From NCBI GenBank assembly GCA_029907355.1, contig JARYLZ010000004.1, positions 5,007 through 69,006 of the forward strand: a DNA stretch of 64,000 bases, written 5' to 3'. The notes beneath the pieces were generated by a model that saw nothing but the letters and a program-made list of their open reading frames with translations, was not told the DNA's origin and made no database searches. This document shows, one piece after another, positions 59,371-64,000 of the stretch (the first letter of the stretch is position 1; each line of letters starts with the position of its first letter). A program made the position numbers and the translations under genes. The DNA is from Bacteroidota bacterium. GTDB lineage: Bacteria; Bacteroidota; Ignavibacteria; SZUA-365.

Positions 59371-60471
59371 ATGTCTTCCGTCCGATTGGTCGATATATCC
59401 AAACGGTACAACGGGCGTGAACGGCCTGCCGTATTCAGGCTCAACCTCGAAATCTTTGACGGGGAATTCGTGGTTCTCGTCGGGCCTTCCGGCTGCGGCA
59501 AAACGACGACGTTGCGTATCATCGCTGGACTCGAGGAAGCGACGAGCGGCGACGTGTTCATCGGGGAGCGGCGTGTGAACGATGTCCCTCCTCGGGATCG
59601 CGACGTCGCTATGGTTTTCCAGCACTACGCGTTATACCCACATATGACGGTGCGGGAAAATCTCTCGTTCGGTTTGAGACTCCGCAAGGTACCGCGCGAC
59701 GAAATCACCCGCCGGGTGGAAGAAACCGCTCAGCTGCTCGGGATCGCGGAATATCTCGACGAGCGGCCTGCATCGCTTTCCGGGGGACAGCGACAACGCG
59801 TCGCTCTCGGCCGCGCCATCGTCCGCAAAGCGAATGTTTTCCTCTTCGACGAGCCCCTCTCGAACCTCGACGCCAAACTCCGCGTGCAGATGCGTTCAGA
59901 GATCAAGAAACTCCATCAGCGCCTTGCTTCCACGATGATCTACGTTACGCACGATCAAGTGGAAGCCATGACGATGGGGGACCGCATCGCCGTCATGAAA
60001 GACGGTCTCATTCACCAAGTGGACACGCCCATCAATCTCTATGAACAGCCCTCCGATCTCTTCGTCGCCGGCTTCATCGGCACTCCCGCCATGAACACCA
60101 TCCCTGCCGTTATCGAGGAGAAGACAGGGGCCCTCGTCATCGACGGGGATATACGCGTGATTCCGCCTGAGATCCATTTCGCCCCTTTTTACCGATTCGC
60201 CGGTTCCCCGTTTTTCATTGGGATCCGACCGGAACACGTCCATTTGTCACCGGATTCTTGCCAAGAGCCTTTTGCGTTCGAGGCGACCCACGAGATTTCG
60301 GAATTCCTCGGTAACGAGGCGCTCGCCGTTTTCCGGCTGAATGTCACCAACATCGTCGTTCGCATGGGAGTTCCTCGGACCTTCCATGACAATGAACGCG
60401 TACGACTTTTCCTCGACATGGCTCACGCAGTTTGGTTCGACGGGCATACGGAACGGAACATTTCGCTTTAA
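59371..60471 (+). CDS. ABC transporter ATP-binding protein, MalK/UgpC/MsmX-like with a C-terminal TOBE domain
   Basis: Walker A 'GPSGCGKTT'. Signature 'LSGGQRQRVALGRA'. Walker B 'FLFDEPLSNLD'. Confidence 0.85.
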   Translation: MSSVRLVDISKRYNGRERPAVFRLNLEIFDGEFVVLVGPSGCGKTTTLRIIAGLEEATSGDVFIGERRVNDVPPRDRDVAMVFQHYALYPHMTVRENLSFGLRLRKVPRDEITRRVEETAQLLGIAEYLDERPASLSGGQRQRVALGRAIVRKANVFLFDEPLSNLDAKLRVQMRSEIKKLHQRLASTMIYVTHDQVEAMTMGDRIAVMKDGLIHQVDTPINLYEQPSDLFVAGFIGTPAMNTIPAVIEEKTGALVIDGDIRVIPPEIHFAPFYRFAGSPFFIGIRPEHVHLSPDSCQEPFAFEATHEISEFLGNEALAVFRLNVTNIVVRMGVPRTFHDNERVRLFLDMAHAVWFDGHTERNISL

Positions 60472-60546
60472 AGCGGCAACCCGGTTTGACATTGGTCGGC
60501 CGGGCCATGATATTTTCCTGAAAGAACACAGACGGAGCGTATCTCG

Positions 60547-61266
60547 ATGGCGAAACGGAAGAGATGGGAGATTCCCGAGCTTCAAAAGATCGGGAAATTC
60601 CGACCGGCAGCGCGCCGTATCCTTTCCCACCGCCTTGACGATCTTCTCCGTCTCGCGAACGATTTCAAAGAAACCGGTGCACCGGAAACCCTGCACCAAT
60701 TCCGCATCGCCATACGGCGCCTCCGTTACCCGCTCGAAACACTCATCTCGCAGTTCCCCCGGCGTGTCATGCTGCGTTTTCTCGAGGAGCTGAACGCTCT
60801 CCAGGATGCAGCAGGTGCTGCGCGGGATATGGATGTTCTCATTCAGAAAATGCAAGAGGGCGAGGAGCGGTTCGCTTGGAACATCCGGCGTATCGTTTTC
60901 ATCGACCTGGCGGAGGAGCGGACGGAATGTTACCGCGCGCTTGACGACATACTCAATCTTTTCCTCCTTAGCCCGAACCTCTACGATTTCAAGAACGCTA
61001 TCCGTTTCGATGCATACATCGAGAGGCAAAGCGAAGGAAATGCCGACAGTGGCGACGAGAGAAGCGATACCGTCACGGCTCTTCCCCCGGATGTATCCCC
61101 CAGTGGAAAGAAAGGACTGGATACGACCGCTCTCGTTTCCCTCTCTCATGACGAGGAACAGGTGCAAGATCACACCCCGCGAAAACCCGACGCAACACCA
61201 TGTGTCGACACGGGCGATCGAAGTCTTGAAAAAGCCGGGAACGATCCCGGTCTCGAATGCTCGTGA
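60547..61266 (+). CDS. CHAD-domain protein
   Basis: 'LHQFRIAIRRLRY' conserved His/Arg helices. Confidence 0.6.
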   Translation: MAKRKRWEIPELQKIGKFRPAARRILSHRLDDLLRLANDFKETGAPETLHQFRIAIRRLRYPLETLISQFPRRVMLRFLEELNALQDAAGAARDMDVLIQKMQEGEERFAWNIRRIVFIDLAEERTECYRALDDILNLFLLSPNLYDFKNAIRFDAYIERQSEGNADSGDERSDTVTALPPDVSPSGKKGLDTTALVSLSHDEEQVQDHTPRKPDATPCVDTGDRSLEKAGNDPGLECS

Positions 61267-61298
61267 GCCCCCCTTTCTCAACGCTGAGGACCCCAGCG

Positions 61299-61757
61299 AT
61301 GGAAATCAAGAAAATCCTCGTTCCCATTGATTTCTCGGATTATTCGAAAAATTCTCTCAAGTATGCTGTGGCGTTCGCGTCGCGTTTCGATGCCGAAATC
61401 ATTCTCGTTTACGTGGTGGAACCGATTATTTACCCCGCCGATTTCAGCTTCGGCCAGATAGCCATCCCCGCCATGGATGCCGAGCTTCGCTCTCAGGGAG
61501 AACAGCAATTACGAAAACTGATCGAGACCGAGGCGGGCAAGAACGTAACAGCACGCGCAATCGTCAGGAGCGGGAAACCGTTCGTCGAAATCAATCAGCT
61601 CGCGCGGGAAGAGAATGTCGACCTCATCATCCTGGCATCACACGGTCACACGGGAATCGAGCATGTTTTCTTCGGTAGTACGGCGGACAAAGTCGTCCGC
61701 AAAGCCCCGTGTCCGGTCCTTACATTGCGGGAAAAGAAAGGGTCACCGTGCGAGTGA
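61299..61757 (+). CDS. universal stress protein (UspA family)
   Basis: 'KILVPIDFS', 'ASHGHTG' and 'GSTADKVVRKAPCPVL'. Start taken at 'MEIKK'. Confidence 0.8.
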   Translation: MEIKKILVPIDFSDYSKNSLKYAVAFASRFDAEIILVYVVEPIIYPADFSFGQIAIPAMDAELRSQGEQQLRKLIETEAGKNVTARAIVRSGKPFVEINQLAREENVDLIILASHGHTGIEHVFFGSTADKVVRKAPCPVLTLREKKGSPCE

Positions 61758-61835
61758 TGCTTCTTTGAATACGCCTCTCGAGCGCGTTATACAGGCGTGG
61801 ATGCCCTTTCTGCATCGGACACTGCATCGAAAAAC

Positions 61836-62294
61836 TTATTCCGTTCTCTTCCTATCGAAAATTTTCTGGAGGGCATCCGCTTCCTCCTGGGTCGACGCCA
61901 AGCCCGGGACGATAATATTCGTCCCGGATTTATTCACCGGCTGGGCGGGGGTGAAGCGTGCATAGACCTTCCCCTCGATGACGAGAACGACGGTCGGGAC
62001 TCTTCTCACGAGCAGGTTCTTCCATTTCGCAGCGCCGTAATCGGTCAAGAATATCGAGAGGTCGAAAGTTCCGTTTTCCCCGGGTTTGAAAAAGAGGCTC
62101 TGTACGAGATAGTCGTTGATCACGACATCGCCAACCCGCACGAGGTCCCCTTTCCTGTCGGCAAGCCGCGCCGCTAAGGGATCGTCTTCCTCAAGCGGCC
62201 GTATCTGGAGAATATCGCGCACGCGGCTTGTCTGTGTACTGCCGCAACCGGCCAATACAGCGAGAAAAAGAAAAATAGGCAAAACGGATCTCAT
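61836..62294 (-). CDS. hypothetical lipoprotein
   Basis: Lipobox 'LAVLAGCGS'. Length 152 aa with no recognisable motif. Confidence 0.4.
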   Translation of the reverse strand: MRSVLPIFLFLAVLAGCGSTQTSRVRDILQIRPLEEDDPLAARLADRKGDLVRVGDVVINDYLVQSLFFKPGENGTFDLSIFLTDYGAAKWKNLLVRRVPTVVLVIEGKVYARFTPAQPVNKSGTNIIVPGLASTQEEADALQKIFDRKRTE

Positions 62295-62501
62295 GAGATC
62301 AGCCCCCCCGTGTCTTCGTCCACATGGAAAATAGCGTTGGTCTTTCCGATCTCAAAGTCTCTTTTCACTTTTCTTCCCATATTCTCTCGCGACTCGAGAA
62401 AGCGAGCCAAAGCAACCATGTGTAATAGGAACGCGGATATCTTTCTCGAATTTTGTAAAATGTTATGATGCAGATGCATGTGAAGAATTGAAAAACTCGT
62501 C

Positions 62502-63848
62502 GTGTTCGAAGTATCTCGATTCCCGTGCTTTCCCCATCTCTTCCCCTACTCGTTCTTTCTCTTCGTGTCAGCCCAGACAATCCTCGCCCAACCGCGAGTG
62601 ATGACTTTCGATGAGGCGGTCCGCATCGCCGTCGAGAGGAACGAGAGAGCGGCCATTGCGACCGCAACGGTGGATGCCGCTCAGGCGCGTGTTGCCATAG
62701 CACGATCTTCTTTTTTCCCTATGGTTTCCTTGACGGGTACATACAACCGTCGACCGTTCGAGAGTGTCCGCATCGTCGGGGACGACCGGATCACGATTCA
62801 GAGTTATCATGCGTTCGCTGCGACTGCGAACGTTTCCGTCCCCCTCATCGCTCCCTCTCTCTTCGCGAACCTATCCGTTTCCCGTGCCGAGCGTAACGCC
62901 ATTACCGTCGAATCCCGCAACGACATACGCCGCCTCGCTTTCGAAACGGCATCGGCCTTTTTGGAAGCTCTGGGGACCGCCGAGGTAGCAGCGGCATCGG
63001 AGCGACGTCTCGATTTTGCGCGGCAAAATCTCGATGCCTCGCGCGCGCGATTCGACGCCCAGCTCGTCGGTCGCAACGATCTCACCCGCGCGGAATTGGA
63101 GTACGCTACGGCAGAACGAGAACATACGAATGCGCGCAGCGCACACGAAACCGCTATGTTCCGACTCGCTTTCCTCCTGGGAGGGCAAAGGCCGGACTCC
63201 CTGGTCGTTCCGAGCGCATTATTGACCGAAGCCGTCGGGTTCCGCCCCGACGAAGAGGAACTGATCCATCGCGCAGAATCATGCCGCCCGGATTTGCGGG
63301 CAAAGACCGAACATGCAGCGGCTCTCGGTTTCGCTACGACAGCCGCAATGCTCGGCGCTCTTCCAACACTCAGCGCCATCGGACAGTACCGTCTCACGAA
63401 CGAGAGCGGTTTCAGCGGGCGAACCTGGAACTGGTTCGTCGGAGCTTCCCTGAACTGGAACATCCTCGACGGCGGGTTGTGGCTCGCCCAACGAGAAGAA
63501 CGCGATGCACTTCACCGAGTCGCGGAGTGGGAACTCTCCCAAGCACGAAGGGGCATTTCGCTGGAAATCCGCAGTGCCGTCACGGCCCTCGAAAACGCAC
63601 GTGCTGCTCTCAAACAAGCTGAAGTCGCTCTCGAAGCCGCACGGAGGAATGCGGAAGAAACACGTGAATTGTACCGGCAGGGACTGATCGATGCCGTGAC
63701 CGCGGCAGATGCCAACGTCCGGCTCTACGAAGCGGACGTCGCCCGAACGCGACAACGATATGCCCTCGCGTCCGCTCTCTTGAACGTCTACGACACGACG
63801 GGATTGGATCCGTTCGGGCAGGACATCGACAGCGAGGCGGGACGATGA
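62502..63848 (+). CDS. TolC-family outer-membrane efflux protein
   Basis: Signal peptide, duplicated coiled-coil/OEP repeats, and the characteristic length. Confidence 0.75.
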   Translation: MFEVSRFPCFPHLFPYSFFLFVSAQTILAQPRVMTFDEAVRIAVERNERAAIATATVDAAQARVAIARSSFFPMVSLTGTYNRRPFESVRIVGDDRITIQSYHAFAATANVSVPLIAPSLFANLSVSRAERNAITVESRNDIRRLAFETASAFLEALGTAEVAAASERRLDFARQNLDASRARFDAQLVGRNDLTRAELEYATAEREHTNARSAHETAMFRLAFLLGGQRPDSLVVPSALLTEAVGFRPDEEELIHRAESCRPDLRAKTEHAAALGFATTAAMLGALPTLSAIGQYRLTNESGFSGRTWNWFVGASLNWNILDGGLWLAQREERDALHRVAEWELSQARRGISLEIRSAVTALENARAALKQAEVALEAARRNAEETRELYRQGLIDAVTAADANVRLYEADVARTRQRYALASALLNVYDTTGLDPFGQDIDSEAGR

Positions 63849-64000
63849 ACTGTGTAACCATTCCCTTTCTGGGTCTTTGTGCTGTTCTCCTGTGTGGATG
63901 TCGGAGCGGGGACGGAGATCCGAAGAATGGTCGCTCCCCTGCCGGCAATCGCCTCACCTTCCCCGTCGAAGCAGTCCCAGTAGAGAACCGATCCCTCCTC
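63845..64000 (+). CDS. probable efflux periplasmic adaptor (MFP/HlyD-like) lipoprotein, 3'-truncated at the window edge
   Basis: ATGA overlap with the TolC stop. Lipobox 'LLCGCRS'. The downstream position after an OEP gene supports the call. Confidence 0.4.
   Translation, partial: MNCVTIPFLGLCAVLLCGCRSGDGDPKNGRSPAGNRLTFPVEAVPVENRSLL

Overview
This 64-kb window is a dense, GC-rich bacterial chromosomal segment, about 90% coding, with no rRNA, CRISPR array or mobile element seen. Two proteins carry typical type IX secretion (T9SS) C-terminal sorting domains, a PorQ/PorV-like outer-membrane barrel is present, and rny, hslVU and the thrS-infC-rpmI-rplT-pheST cluster are intact. Together these point to a member of the Fibrobacteres-Chlorobi-Bacteroidetes (FCB) group such as Ignavibacteria, Rhodothermaeota or Kryptonia; the exact taxon cannot be determined without a database. 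Positions 1-29.7 kb are mostly plus-strand housekeeping genes: partial rpoN, hslVU, acpS, a fabK-like gene, pdxJ, tRNA-Val, the threonyl/phenylalanyl translation operon, zapA, rny, coaE, nadB, dxs and ribD/ribE. Positions 29.7-47.8 kb form a single co-directional minus-strand array of 17 tightly packed or overlapping genes. It starts with an HgdB-like 2-hydroxyacyl-CoA-dehydratase-family protein plus a 1.2-kDa-class fused double BadF/BcrAD-type ATPase 'activase'. These run straight into a glycan-modification locus with three GT4 glycosyltransferases, two PIG-L/LmbE deacetylases, GNAT, FemAB-like and hexapeptide acyltransferases, a Wzx flippase, a SAM methyltransferase, a T9SS-sorted GDSL esterase, and two tandem paralogous secreted proteins of unknown fold that each contain an internal duplication. 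This array is the best candidate for an undescribed system. Downstream lie a 979-aa T9SS cargo built from about nine 52-aa tandem repeats plus repeated Ig-like 'choice-of-anchor-D-like' domains, purL, a FadL/SGNH lipid-uptake pair, an M64 peptidase, an orphan MalK-like ATPase, CHAD, UspA and a TolC/MFP efflux operon start. The zapA-rny intergenic region of about 250 nt is a candidate structured sRNA, possibly 6S-like. All calls rest on motif and architecture recognition by eye; no database search was run.
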